From Escherichia phage I29, in sequence record ON286975: 64,000 nt of DNA. The stretch is one strand, 5' to 3'. The notes beneath the pieces were generated by a model. That model did no database searches. It saw only the letters and a program-made list of their open reading frames with translations, and was not told the DNA's origin. The position numbers and the translations under genes are program-made. Below are positions 1 through 9,489 of the stretch, piece by piece (position 1 is the stretch's first letter; every line of letters begins with the position of its first letter).

Positions 1-1983
1 TTATTTGATGTTATTCTTTGTATCGATCAGTTCACGGTATTCAATCATAGCAGGAGTGTCCCAATATTTCAAGCCCACATGCTTCAAAAGTGGATATTTC
101 TTTTCCAATCTTGCAATATAGGCCTTCCCGCACTTAACCCGGTTGGCGATTAAGATTTTGGCACGATGATTTAGCTCACTGTGCTTCCACGCGGTGTTAC
201 CTTCCCACTTGTGGAAATGTGGCCGATAATTTCCAAAATCCTGCATGGGGATAATTTTCCCTAATTGTCTATACAGGCTGTCATATGAAGTTTCATTTGC
301 TGCGCGAGTCAGTAAGAATTTCCAGGCGTCCTCTTTCAACAAATGTTCCACATTTTTCTCTGTAACATACTGGCAATCAGGATCAGTCCAAAGCAGACGG
401 GATTCTGATACCAGGTACAGGTCTTCCCCTTCAGGAATCTGGAGTGCCGCACGCACACGGTCATAATTTTGCTGGTAGATGTTACTCAGCTGTCCCAGCC
501 AACAACTTCCACGTTGGATATCACCCTCATAAGGAATGCAGTGCTTAATCTTCTTGAACTCTGCCTTAGTAATACGTTCACGACGGAAGTAACCATCCTT
601 CTCAAGCTTTTTAACCCAATAACCTGGCTCGTAATGAGTTTTTGTTTCACCTTTCTTCGCAGGTCGGCGAGGGAGCTCTGATAACAATTTGACAGTATCT
701 GCAAAGAACGGATGGTGTGCCGCCTCTTTAAACTCTTTCACTAGATCCGTGTTCCGGCAATAGAAAACGTTGCGTCCGGTGATTTCGCTTAAATAGTTAC
801 ACTTATTTCGGTTATATTTGCCATCTCCGTCGTTAAATACAAGGTATACACCTCGTAAGAACTCCGACTTTCCGTAACGAGCATAGCCTATGCGGCCTTT
901 ATTTAAGCCTCCAGCGAAAATTTCACAATCGCCTAAGTCGCCAAGCCCTGTTTCTTCCCATCTGTCCCACATAAAATTCTTACCGAAGATGTGCCCGAAC
1001 ACTCCACTGTTCTTCATCATCTCACGTGCTTCTGAGGATGTTTTTGCTGTCTCCAATTCCGCAACAACTTCTGCCCCACGAAGACGGATACCCTCTTTGA
1101 CAAAAGCCTCCAGACGCTCTTGGAATCCACCATCGTCGTGCCCCTCTATGGTCCATTCGCGCCCAGGGTTAATATTGCAATCCCCGATAGGGATCTCTAC
1201 ACAGATTGCAGGGTAGTCTGTCAATGTTTCCAGAAACTTAGAGCGGTAAGGTTGGTGTCCCATCACCACACGGCTCTCATCAGAGCTGGTATAACCTTTC
1301 AGGATGGTCATTTTCCAACCATCCTTCTCGTAGTGATACTGCGCCTCAACCTTGTCACCTTCCAGCATCTTACTGGTCATAGGGTCGGTAACGGTAAACG
1401 GAAACTTTGCATAGCGTAGGCATGACGCAATAGCAGTGCGATATTTCAGGACATGCTCTTTCTTAACATGGAACTGAACTTTTACCCCGTTGTGCTCTTC
1501 AGTCTTCCGCTCGCGGATCTTGGTAACGTTTGGGATACCCTGATCCAAGAACAATAGATATGTGCTTTCAACACCATTGTGCACACTGATAACATCGAAA
1601 GTGTCCACCATGCTGAACGGAGCCTTTGAACCAACACCTTTATTACCTACCAGAGCGTTGCTGTTGCGCTTGGTTGACTCACCGAGGTTCATGAAAGTGT
1701 TGCGGACCATCTCTTCTGACATGCCCAATCCAACGTCCTGCACAAAGAAGTATGGTTCAAGGTCTGTAGGAGAGTGAATAATGATCGGCACATCACCCCG
1801 TCCAGACTCAACATGAGAGTCCACAGCATTGAAGATTGGTTCACGGCAGCTTGCCAGCACCTTATCTTCGTAAATCCCTTTAATGATTAGCCCAAAAGTC
1901 TCTTTGTTAAGAGAAATTGAGCCCCTGGTGACCTCCATATTTCCGGTTAGCACTGCTTTAGTTTCATTACTGTTTACAATCAT
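1..1983 (-). CDS. GHKL-type (HATPase_c-like) ATPase domain protein, 660 aa
   Basis: Complete ORF; AAGGAG 8 nt upstream of ATG at 1983; N-terminal motifs FFVQDVGLGMSEEMV and GNKGVGSKAPF resemble the Bergerat/GHKL ATP-binding fold; C-terminal ~400 aa unassigned. Confidence 0.55.
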   Translation of the reverse strand: MIVNSNETKAVLTGNMEVTRGSISLNKETFGLIIKGIYEDKVLASCREPIFNAVDSHVESGRGDVPIIIHSPTDLEPYFFVQDVGLGMSEEMVRNTFMNLGESTKRNSNALVGNKGVGSKAPFSMVDTFDVISVHNGVESTYLLFLDQGIPNVTKIRERKTEEHNGVKVQFHVKKEHVLKYRTAIASCLRYAKFPFTVTDPMTSKMLEGDKVEAQYHYEKDGWKMTILKGYTSSDESRVVMGHQPYRSKFLETLTDYPAICVEIPIGDCNINPGREWTIEGHDDGGFQERLEAFVKEGIRLRGAEVVAELETAKTSSEAREMMKNSGVFGHIFGKNFMWDRWEETGLGDLGDCEIFAGGLNKGRIGYARYGKSEFLRGVYLVFNDGDGKYNRNKCNYLSEITGRNVFYCRNTDLVKEFKEAAHHPFFADTVKLLSELPRRPAKKGETKTHYEPGYWVKKLEKDGYFRRERITKAEFKKIKHCIPYEGDIQRGSCWLGQLSNIYQQNYDRVRAALQIPEGEDLYLVSESRLLWTDPDCQYVTEKNVEHLLKEDAWKFLLTRAANETSYDSLYRQLGKIIPMQDFGNYRPHFHKWEGNTAWKHSELNHRAKILIANRVKCGKAYIARLEKKYPLLKHVGLKYWDTPAMIEYRELIDTKNNIK

Positions 1984-2480
1984 TTATTGCGCTCCTTGTA
2001 GTAGATATGGCTCCCGAATTGAGCTGTCCTCTGCATCTTTTTTGCCCATTTCGGTCGTACTTTGGTTGTATGGTAGTGTGTTGCTCCACCTGTTATGTCC
2101 ATAGCCATGTATGCAACATGGTTGTTATTATAGACCTTTAGAAGCATCTTTGCAAGACTTTTAGCGTGATCCCATGAATCTTTTTCTGTCACCTTAAAAG
2201 TTTTGCCGTGGTTTGTCCACGAAAACTGGTTAGGTTGGTAGACAATCTTTCTTATGGTGTCTGGGTATTTGGGGTGAGATTTCCTGTTTAGGGTGGCAAA
2301 CCCAGATGCCAGCATACCCATCGTGCCATCCCCTCTAGCTTCCCTGTAGATATTGCATGCTAGAATGTTTTCCTTAGTATCTGATGGCTTGCAAGTATGG
2401 TATACTTTTTGTTTTGGTGCTGCAACAACAGGCAGCGATAAAAATGCGCTCAAAATAATAGCAAAGATCTTAATTTTCAC
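1980..2480 (-). CDS. secreted SleB/CwlJ-like cell-wall hydrolase
   Basis: GTG start with GGAG SD; N-terminal signal peptide MKIKIFAIILSAFLSLPVVAAP; NIYREARGD...VYQPNQFSW core typical of SleB-family hydrolases; stop overlaps next start (ATGA). Confidence 0.65.
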   Translation of the reverse strand: MKIKIFAIILSAFLSLPVVAAPKQKVYHTCKPSDTKENILACNIYREARGDGTMGMLASGFATLNRKSHPKYPDTIRKIVYQPNQFSWTNHGKTFKVTEKDSWDHAKSLAKMLLKVYNNNHVAYMAMDITGGATHYHTTKVRPKWAKKMQRTAQFGSHIYYKERNK

Positions 2481-2488
2481 AATAACTC

Positions 2489-2518
2489 CAAATAGAAAAT
2501 CCCCGCCGAAGCGGGGGA
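2489..2518 (-). terminator. intrinsic terminator, UUCG-tetraloop hairpin
   Basis: Minus-strand RNA CCCCGC-UUCG-GCGGGG (2501-2516) followed by AUUUUCUAUUU; same hairpin recurs at 28749 and 34014. Confidence 0.6.
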
Positions 2519-2529
2519 GGTCTTAGAAA

Positions 2530-2910
2530 TTAATCGTAGTGTGCCAAAATCTCTCCATCGTTGCAAGTTCCCTCTACAAAGTTATGAAGATTCATGCACT
2601 CATCTTGATAGAAGAATTTACCGCTTTTCAGCCGTAAGCCAAACAACTCCGCATCTCCACGATGGCAAGCCTCTACAAGTTCATAGATTTCATACGGCAA
2701 CTCTCCGTCGTCATGGAAGAACCCAGCCTTATCGTTGACATAGATGAAGAAATAATCACTGCTGTCGCAAGCGTCCAATATTTTAAACCAGATTTCATCT
2801 ACATCTTTTTCTCGGATATCGATCACGCAAGTGGAGCTGCATTCGTACTCCTTCTCCGGCTCCTCGGTCAATACCACCAGGTAGTTTCCCCGCTTACCTA
2901 CTTTAGCCAT
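2530..2910 (-). CDS. hypothetical protein, 126 aa
   Basis: ORF in co-oriented block, ends just upstream of terminator hairpin; no motif recognised. Confidence 0.5.
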   Translation of the reverse strand: MAKVGKRGNYLVVLTEEPEKEYECSSTCVIDIREKDVDEIWFKILDACDSSDYFFIYVNDKAGFFHDDGELPYEIYELVEACHRGDAELFGLRLKSGKFFYQDECMNLHNFVEGTCNDGEILAHYD

Positions 2911-2919
2911 ACAACCCCC

Positions 2920-4104
2920 TTAAGCTTTAGCCAAAATGGCGCTAAACTCTTCACCAAACTCTTTTACAATCTTCATCAGGTTTGGGTATGCTTTGATCAG
3001 CTGAGCAACAATCTTGTCACGCCCTTTGCCGATAAGCAAGGCATTTCCTAAGGCATTAGGTTTCATCATCGCCATAAAGACTGAGAATACAAAATCTCGG
3101 TTCTCGTCCTTGAAGTTTTCCCAAAGGAAATCGAGGAAGTTTGCCACGCAGCTGACAAGATCTTCGTCTGAGATACTTGCATTTTCCATCATATTACGAA
3201 TAGCGATACAACCTTCAGATCCAAGAATCCACAAAATGTCTGGCTGCTTAGGACCTACGTATTCTTTGCAACCACCTGCCATAATCCGACCGATTTCAGG
3301 TAAATTGCGTTTCTTGGTGTGGTATGTCCAGATCTCTACCGCTGCAGTGTGACCAATAGCACCTTGCAGAAGAACACGGGCCATAGCGTCAGAAATAATA
3401 CCGCTGTCAAAATCGTGCAAGATATCAGATGCAGCAACCCAAGATCGCGGTGTGGCAAAAGATGGACAATTAATCTCAGCCATGGCCTCATAATTATCGA
3501 TAGCTGATGGAACTCTTTTCAGATATCCAATTACAGAGGAGTGCACCCCATTAAGGAATGCGTAGTCCTCAATAAACACCTCTGCATTGCTTGTAACCTC
3601 TACAATGATAAAACGGTTAGCCAGAGGGGCTTCGAGCGCCGAAAGAACCGCACCATCTGTAGAACGGTTACCAGCAGCCACAAAAACAGAACCCTTAGGG
3701 AATGCATAGGTACCGCACTTGTGGTCAAGCATAATTTGCATTGCAACCTTTTGCAGGTAGTTATCTGCATGAGTGAGCTCATCCAGAAAGATAATTCCGC
3801 CCCAGTCAGGATCCGCAGGCCAAAATTCTGGAATTGCAAACACTGTACGTGTAGTTCCATCCGCCTCTACAGGGATAGGTAGCCCAGATAAGTCGGCAGG
3901 ATCTTTATCTGACAGTCGCACGTCAACAAGGTTGTCATCTCGCTCACCGAACATATTATCAGCGATCTGCTTCATCACCTGGCTTTTACCCACACCCATT
4001 GGTCCCAAAATTAGGACAGATCGGCTATGACGTTGGGCAAACTGAATAATAGCTGGCAACTCACGGACAGTGATTTGACCACTTTCGAATACGTTTCTTG
4101 ACAT
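2920..4104 (-). CDS. MoxR-like AAA+ ATPase
   Basis: Walker A LILGPMGVGKSQ and Walker B IIFLDELTHAD in a ~390-aa single-AAA protein, typical of MoxR/CbbQ-type ATPases. Confidence 0.8.
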   Translation of the reverse strand: MSRNVFESGQITVRELPAIIQFAQRHSRSVLILGPMGVGKSQVMKQIADNMFGERDDNLVDVRLSDKDPADLSGLPIPVEADGTTRTVFAIPEFWPADPDWGGIIFLDELTHADNYLQKVAMQIMLDHKCGTYAFPKGSVFVAAGNRSTDGAVLSALEAPLANRFIIVEVTSNAEVFIEDYAFLNGVHSSVIGYLKRVPSAIDNYEAMAEINCPSFATPRSWVAASDILHDFDSGIISDAMARVLLQGAIGHTAAVEIWTYHTKKRNLPEIGRIMAGGCKEYVGPKQPDILWILGSEGCIAIRNMMENASISDEDLVSCVANFLDFLWENFKDENRDFVFSVFMAMMKPNALGNALLIGKGRDKIVAQLIKAYPNLMKIVKEFGEEFSAILAKA

Positions 4105-4373
4105 TAGTAAAAGTCCTCTACTTGTGTGTAAGTGTTTTCAAAGTTTTCCAAAACAGATATCACATCGGATCTGTCAATATCATACGTGACTCTCCAGTTG
4201 TACGCAACCCTTTCTGCTGTTGCCTCTTCTGGCGCTAGTCGTCTGCTGGCATAAAAGAGTGTTGGAGTACACTTTCTTGCTTGCCCTCTAACTTTCCCAT
4301 AATAATATCTGTGAATATCTTTGTCAAAATTTAACTCTTTTTCTGCACGAAGTTCATATTGCTGGTATAACAT
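4104..4373 (-). CDS. hypothetical protein, 89 aa
   Basis: ORF whose stop overlaps the MoxR start codon; no motif recognised. Confidence 0.45.
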   Translation of the reverse strand: MLYQQYELRAEKELNFDKDIHRYYYGKVRGQARKCTPTLFYASRRLAPEEATAERVAYNWRVTYDIDRSDVISVLENFENTYTQVEDFY

Positions 4374-4417
4374 CTCTACTACTCCTTAAGCAGCATCCTT
4401 GCCGCCATTCCTGCCCA

Positions 4418-4798
4418 CTAAAATGCAGTCCGAATCCAGACAAGGTTCTTATCTGCCCAATCATAGAGGCAAGTCATTGCACTATTGAATTGCTCACACG
4501 GAGGATAATCTTCTTCCATCTGACGCATAGCAGAGCCTTGTGGGTAAAGCTCCCGTGCTGCAAACCACGCGTCGTAGTCATCAACGGTGTCGAAGTAGTA
4601 TACAACATCCTCCAACTCAGGATCGAACTTTGAACTATCAGGATCCAGTTGTTCAGGGAACTTGGAGCGTAACTTGCCAGCCACAATACTTGCCAACTCG
4701 CTAACATGCTTATTGTCCCACTCCACTAGCTTCCCGTCTTCAGTGATGCGTCCTAACCACTGATCATGAAGGTCAACTGTTGTCTTCCACCGAGCCAT
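4418..4798 (-). CDS. hypothetical protein, 126 aa
   Basis: ORF in tightly packed minus-strand block; acidic, no motif recognised. Confidence 0.5.
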   Translation of the reverse strand: MARWKTTVDLHDQWLGRITEDGKLVEWDNKHVSELASIVAGKLRSKFPEQLDPDSSKFDPELEDVVYYFDTVDDYDAWFAARELYPQGSAMRQMEEDYPPCEQFNSAMTCLYDWADKNLVWIRTAF

Positions 4799-4800
4799 TA

Positions 4801-5058
4801 TCAGTCCACCTCTTCTTCTCGTTGTAGTTCAAGATACCCGTAGGTCTGGACATCTTCAAGGGTGTGGAACTCCCCATCTGCCGCTAATGCACGAACAACT
4901 TGGCACAAAACCTTATGAGGAACTTCATCCAGACCAAGATTCAGTGCAGGGAACACCTTATCTAAGTCAACAAAATAAATGAACTGGAGCTCACCAGCTT
5001 CAAAAGGTGTATCTTCAATAAACATCTTCTCGGCATTAGTCAAGATCTGCACTTTCAT
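4801..5058 (-). CDS. hypothetical protein, 85 aa
   Basis: ORF in tightly packed minus-strand block. Confidence 0.45.
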   Translation of the reverse strand: MKVQILTNAEKMFIEDTPFEAGELQFIYFVDLDKVFPALNLGLDEVPHKVLCQVVRALAADGEFHTLEDVQTYGYLELQREEEVD

Positions 5059-5435
5059 TATTCTACCTCCTCTTCTTTTTCTTCGGCATTAGTTTCATGG
5101 CTACCCCACTCTGGAGTTTCCACCTCGATAGTAAACTCACGCACTACACGGTAATTGCCCATGAAGCGCTCCACTTCGTCAAGGCTTATGGAGAAGCCAT
5201 TGGCAACCAGGTCTGCAGCACCCTCTTCTACCAGGTAGTCCAGATTGGCTTCCAGAGCTTCAGGTTCAAACCCTGTCAATGCAATCAGATAACCTTTCCC
5301 TTCATCAGGGAGGACAATACATCCCAACTGATTTTCTTTAAAAAGGCAGTGACCATCATTGTTGATTGGGTGTTCATTGCAGTAAATAGCTGCACGATAA
5401 GTAACTTTAGACATCGGTAAGGTCTCCTTAGGCAA
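5058..5435 (-). CDS. hypothetical protein, 125 aa
   Basis: ORF in tightly packed minus-strand block, acidic C-terminus. Confidence 0.5.
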   Translation of the reverse strand: MPKETLPMSKVTYRAAIYCNEHPINNDGHCLFKENQLGCIVLPDEGKGYLIALTGFEPEALEANLDYLVEEGAADLVANGFSISLDEVERFMGNYRVVREFTIEVETPEWGSHETNAEEKEEEVE

Positions 5436-5706
5436 TTGTCATTTTACATTCTTGAAATTTTAACACAAGACGGTGATTGTGTCTAGTGTCTAAAAAGATT
5501 TTTTCAACCATCAGGCACACGGTATAACCGTCCATCTTGTTGACAACAAAATCTCCAGGATGAGGGAGGATGTCTCCCGGATTGGGGAAACATAGTCCAC
5601 TCAGAAAGGCATCGTCAGTGGTGGACTTAATAGATTTCCACACACTGTCTGCCTGAACATGTTCACCGACGTAATATACATTACCACATGCCTTCATCAT
5701 AGTCAA
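5428..5706 (-). CDS. hypothetical protein, 92 aa
   Basis: ORF overlapping neighbours by a few nt (operon-like packing). Confidence 0.45.
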   Translation of the reverse strand: MTMMKACGNVYYVGEHVQADSVWKSIKSTTDDAFLSGLCFPNPGDILPHPGDFVVNKMDGYTVCLMVEKIFLDTRHNHRLVLKFQECKMTIA

Positions 5707-6602
5707 ACCCTCGCATAAATTAAACTTGTATCAGTATACTTCTTTAATGGGTAAATATCCTGTCCATAGATGCAATCATTAAACACCTCATCTACCCAAA
5801 GGCTACACTTATATCCCATCATTTCTAAAACACTCATCTCTTCTTCGGTAAACTTATCACCACTCTTGCAAGATGTCAATACCTCATTCTGAACTCTTGC
5901 TACCTCGAATCGGTTATTGGCAATATCGCTATTGGCGATCAAATACTCACCTAGAGGGTGTGCGGCATTAAAGATGCACAGTGGACGGCTGACGTAATAG
6001 TCTCCGGGTGTATAAAAATTGTTGAGGTCTTTCACTAGAACATTCTTATCAGTCACTTCATTTATAACATCATGCATATCGCACATCTTTATATGTTTGA
6101 GGATTCCATCTCCCATCACAAAATAAAAACTTGCTGAGACACTTTCGGCATAGATCTTACTAGATCCGTTGTAGTTGTATTTTACTCGGATGCTAACGGG
6201 GGTTTTTCCTGTCGCGTTAGCCATCATCCAAAGAAATGGCAGCTCATACTTCTCCTCTGAGGAAACAAAAGGTGAGGTAGCCAGAGATCGAAAACCTCCA
6301 GAGAAGTTGAAAGTTACAGAACCGCTCCGGCGGTATGATACCGCGTATTCTACTTTTATATCGACGTACCCATTGGAATAGGTGTGTCCTTCATTATCTA
6401 AATATGTCCACTTATCAGACCCAGATACCAATCTACGCTCAATAACCTTCATCACTACAGGAATTAGCGGGTTGGTACAAACCGCTTTTGAAGTAGCTTT
6501 ATCATCTAAAGCCTCGTAAATTGCAGAAAGGATGTCCCCAGCTGAAAGATTGGTTGTTATGTCCTGTTTCCACCGCGTACTAAAACTGTTAAGATTTGCC
6601 AT
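5703..6602 (-). CDS. hypothetical protein, 299 aa
   Basis: First gene of minus-strand block next to divergent intergenic region; no motif recognised. Confidence 0.5.
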   Translation of the reverse strand: MANLNSFSTRWKQDITTNLSAGDILSAIYEALDDKATSKAVCTNPLIPVVMKVIERRLVSGSDKWTYLDNEGHTYSNGYVDIKVEYAVSYRRSGSVTFNFSGGFRSLATSPFVSSEEKYELPFLWMMANATGKTPVSIRVKYNYNGSSKIYAESVSASFYFVMGDGILKHIKMCDMHDVINEVTDKNVLVKDLNNFYTPGDYYVSRPLCIFNAAHPLGEYLIANSDIANNRFEVARVQNEVLTSCKSGDKFTEEEMSVLEMMGYKCSLWVDEVFNDCIYGQDIYPLKKYTDTSLIYARV

Positions 6603-6684
6603 AAGTAAGTGCTCCTATGTTAGTTTTCTTTCGAATGGGTGCACTATATTGTAGAGTTAGAGTAAAGTCAACACGTTTTTGATG

Positions 6685-6713
6685 TTGACATCTGTTGAGA
6701 CAATTGATACGAT
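6685..6713 (+). promoter_or_regulatory. putative sigma70-type promoter
   Basis: TTGACA (6685-6690), 17-nt spacer, TACGAT (6708-6713) in the divergent region, upstream of ATG 6745. Confidence 0.4.
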
Positions 6714-6744
6714 TTCTTCACTTACAGAGCACGAGAGACGACTC

Positions 6745-7722
6745 ATGAATCTTGAAAAATATTATACACCAGAAGAGTTAGAGCGCTTGCTCAAAAAATA
6801 TAGACGCAAACAGAATAACGCACGGAAACGAGATATAGAGTTCGACCTGTCATGGGAAGAATACCTCCTATTTGGTAAAAAACTTTTAGGAGATGGAGTA
6901 TGCGACTATACCCTTATACCTTTTGACATGCACACAGATGAAAACGGGCTGGGGAATCCTTTCTACCCATCTTTGGAGCGTATAGATGATGAAGGCCCTT
7001 ACGCAATTGACAATTGTTGTGTGGTAGGGTTGAGGTGCAATGCTCTGAAAGACTGTCTGGTAGATAAAAAGACTGCAATCCTGATTAAAGACGAAACTGA
7101 TCGAAAAATTGTCCAGCAGATGATGCTCCACCTGAGCGAAGAGCGTATGGAGAAATTGAAAGGTGATTATACTTTTGAAGATTTCATCTTGCAATATGGA
7201 ACGGAAGAGGATAAACTAGCACTATTTGACGAAGAGGAAGAAGATATGTCACCAATGCAGGACTTTAAAAATTTCATGGCTGATCGTGCAGCCAACAAAC
7301 ACATTTCAGACATCGTGAACGAGACTGTGACAGAAGAAGTTGAAGAACAGAACTCTGAAGAGGAAAAAGAGCCTCAGGAGGTCGAAGAGGGGATTGCAGA
7401 AGAGGTTCCTGCACTGCCTGATGATGTTGAGATTGCTAAGGCTTACACTTTCTATTGTCAAACGTTCTACGATGCAGGTATGAAAGTTGATCTGTCGTTC
7501 AGCCAATTTAAGAGTTCGTATATTCGCAAATGCTGTGCTTTAACTGGTGAACGTCTCGGAGCTGGACTTAAACCACTGTTGGTGACCGACTGGAATAAAG
7601 GTTTCACTAAAGGAAACTTTATGGTAGTATCTCCAATTATGGAGAAAGCTATGACAGATCTTATGAAGACCACCCGCATGACAATGACCGAGTTGGCAGG
7701 TATTTTCAAACACGTTAAATAA
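6745..7722 (+). CDS. protein with two degenerate HNH-like segments and an acidic linker
   Basis: ORF track starts at TTG 6679; ATG 6745 lies downstream of the putative promoter; segments CDY..PSLERID..NCC..CNALK and CALTGERL..DWNKG..KGN flank an E/D-rich linker; no canonical catalytic His seen. Confidence 0.45.
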   Translation: MNLEKYYTPEELERLLKKYRRKQNNARKRDIEFDLSWEEYLLFGKKLLGDGVCDYTLIPFDMHTDENGLGNPFYPSLERIDDEGPYAIDNCCVVGLRCNALKDCLVDKKTAILIKDETDRKIVQQMMLHLSEERMEKLKGDYTFEDFILQYGTEEDKLALFDEEEEDMSPMQDFKNFMADRAANKHISDIVNETVTEEVEEQNSEEEKEPQEVEEGIAEEVPALPDDVEIAKAYTFYCQTFYDAGMKVDLSFSQFKSSYIRKCCALTGERLGAGLKPLLVTDWNKGFTKGNFMVVSPIMEKAMTDLMKTTRMTMTELAGIFKHVK

Positions 7723-7727
7723 TGACA

Positions 7728-7742
7728 GGGGCCAATGGCCCC
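7728..7742 (+). promoter_or_regulatory. GC hairpin GGGGCC-AAU-GGCCCC
   Basis: 6-bp GC stem directly after stop of upstream gene; contains the first in-frame ATG (7735) of the VWA ORF. Confidence 0.4.
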
Positions 7743-7755
7743 TTCTGGAGTTTTA

Positions 7756-9216
7756 ATGGATAGCAGAAGTTCAGAAATCATTGCCTCACAGAAAGATGAT
7801 GCCCTGAGAATGTTGCAGGCTGCACGTATGTATCTCCTTGAAAAGCTGCCGTTTTATGGCACACTACTGTCAGGGTTGCAGTTCGTAGAAAACCACACAT
7901 GGTGCTCCACCATGGCAACCGACCATAAACGCATCTATTACAGTCCTGAGTTCATTATGGGATTGGCTGATGAACGCAAGGCTATTCTTAAGGCTTCTCT
8001 AACTGACGAGCAGTTTGAGATGGCTGAAGTTTTCTATTCCCCAAAATCTGTGAAAGAGGTGGCCTTCCTTCTGTCACATGAGGTGGGGCATATTATCTGT
8101 GATCACCTGGTCCGTGGTAAAAGCTTTGAGCCGGAACTGTTCAATATTGCTTGTGATCACGTTATCAACACAGGCCTTGTGGTTGACTTTAGCAAACCTC
8201 CTTGTGTTTTCTTCCCGAAGGGGAAAAGCACTACGTTCGTGAAAGGTAAGCCTTTTGGCTTCTTAGCCAGCTGCTACTGCGACATGAAGTTTCATGGATG
8301 GATTGCTGAGAACGTTTATGCAGTTCTTGATAAGCAAAGAGATCAGAATAACGGTAAAAGTAAGAGCGGTAAAGGTGAGAACTCTCAAGGTGATAAGCGA
8401 CAAACCGATGATCACATGAGTGGGAATGGTGGCACCAGTGATAATCTTGGAAAGGCTATGGGGTATGATCAGCCACAACCTGTAATCAGCCAATCTGATA
8501 AAGATCAGGCCATGCAGGACTCTGGCGATATGCTGGAGGCAGCAATGCAAGCGTCCGGAGGCCGTTGCCCTGAGGCGGTGCGTGAGTTTGTCAAGAACAG
8601 AGGTAAGCCTGTAATCAACTATATAGACATCATTAAGCAACGCATGTTGTCTAAAAGAAAGGCCGAACTGACCTACAGAAAACCTGGTCGCCGATCTGGT
8701 TCTTTGACCAGCACAATGCGAAAAGTTGGGGCTATAAACAAGAACCAGCACGTTATTGTTCCCGGTCGTAATCCTGAAAACACTATAGATATTGTTGTAG
8801 CTTTAGACGTTTCTGGCTCGATCTCTCAAAGAACTTTAAAGAAAATGTTCAATGAAATCACCGGACTGTGCAATCTGTATAAAGAGTTTAAGGTTACGAT
8901 GTTCTGTTGGTCAACCGAGGTTGGAGAGGTCAAAGTATACACTCGCGGCAACATAGACGAGATGATCAACTATGAGGTCCACTCAACATGGGGCACAACA
9001 GCTGCTTGCGTGTTCGAGTATCTGGATGCCAATATACCGAATGCAAAAGATGTCATCGTCCTGACCGACCTATACTTTGAGCATAACTTTGAACAAAAGG
9101 CTGTTGACAACAAGTGGAAAAAGTACGATACTTTATGGGTTCTCACCGAGGGGTATAATAAAAATTATATCCCGAGCTTTGGGAAAACTGTGGAATTAAT
9201 CGAGTACGCCAAGTAA
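7756..9216 (+). CDS. VWA domain protein with N-terminal metallopeptidase-like segment
   Basis: MIDAS-type motif ALDVSGSIS in C-terminal half; N-terminal HEVGH...CDH segment; ATG 7756 preceded by GGAG, preferred over hairpin-buried ATG 7735. Confidence 0.7.
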   Translation: MDSRSSEIIASQKDDALRMLQAARMYLLEKLPFYGTLLSGLQFVENHTWCSTMATDHKRIYYSPEFIMGLADERKAILKASLTDEQFEMAEVFYSPKSVKEVAFLLSHEVGHIICDHLVRGKSFEPELFNIACDHVINTGLVVDFSKPPCVFFPKGKSTTFVKGKPFGFLASCYCDMKFHGWIAENVYAVLDKQRDQNNGKSKSGKGENSQGDKRQTDDHMSGNGGTSDNLGKAMGYDQPQPVISQSDKDQAMQDSGDMLEAAMQASGGRCPEAVREFVKNRGKPVINYIDIIKQRMLSKRKAELTYRKPGRRSGSLTSTMRKVGAINKNQHVIVPGRNPENTIDIVVALDVSGSISQRTLKKMFNEITGLCNLYKEFKVTMFCWSTEVGEVKVYTRGNIDEMINYEVHSTWGTTAACVFEYLDANIPNAKDVIVLTDLYFEHNFEQKAVDNKWKKYDTLWVLTEGYNKNYIPSFGKTVELIEYAK

Positions 9217-9231
9217 GAGAGGACGTTATTT

Positions 9232-9489
9232 ATGGCAACAGAAGTAGTAATCAAATCTGAACGCCCAGTTAAAAAAGCTATCAACACGTTCCCTGTGGGA
9301 ACCATTGTGAGCATGATCACAGAGTCAGGCCGTGTATCTACGCTGCTGATTGTGAAATCTGCATGTTCTTCTTGTGTGTGGGCTTACGATCTGGACGAGA
9401 AAGAACTAAAAGATTTTGTTGGGGAGCTGAAAGCAACCGAGCTCGATGCTCGTATCGAAGTATTTGGTGAAACTATGGAGGAAGAGTAA
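9232..9489 (+). CDS. hypothetical protein, 85 aa
   Basis: ORF in plus-strand small-gene array. Confidence 0.5.
   Translation: MATEVVIKSERPVKKAINTFPVGTIVSMITESGRVSTLLIVKSACSSCVWAYDLDEKELKDFVGELKATELDARIEVFGETMEEE

Noticed and set aside
6679-6744. TTG/ATG start at 6679-6684 for the HNH-like gene
   Set aside because: This would place the TTGACA-17-TACGAT promoter-like element inside the coding sequence and there is no SD; ATG 6745 preferred, with low certainty.
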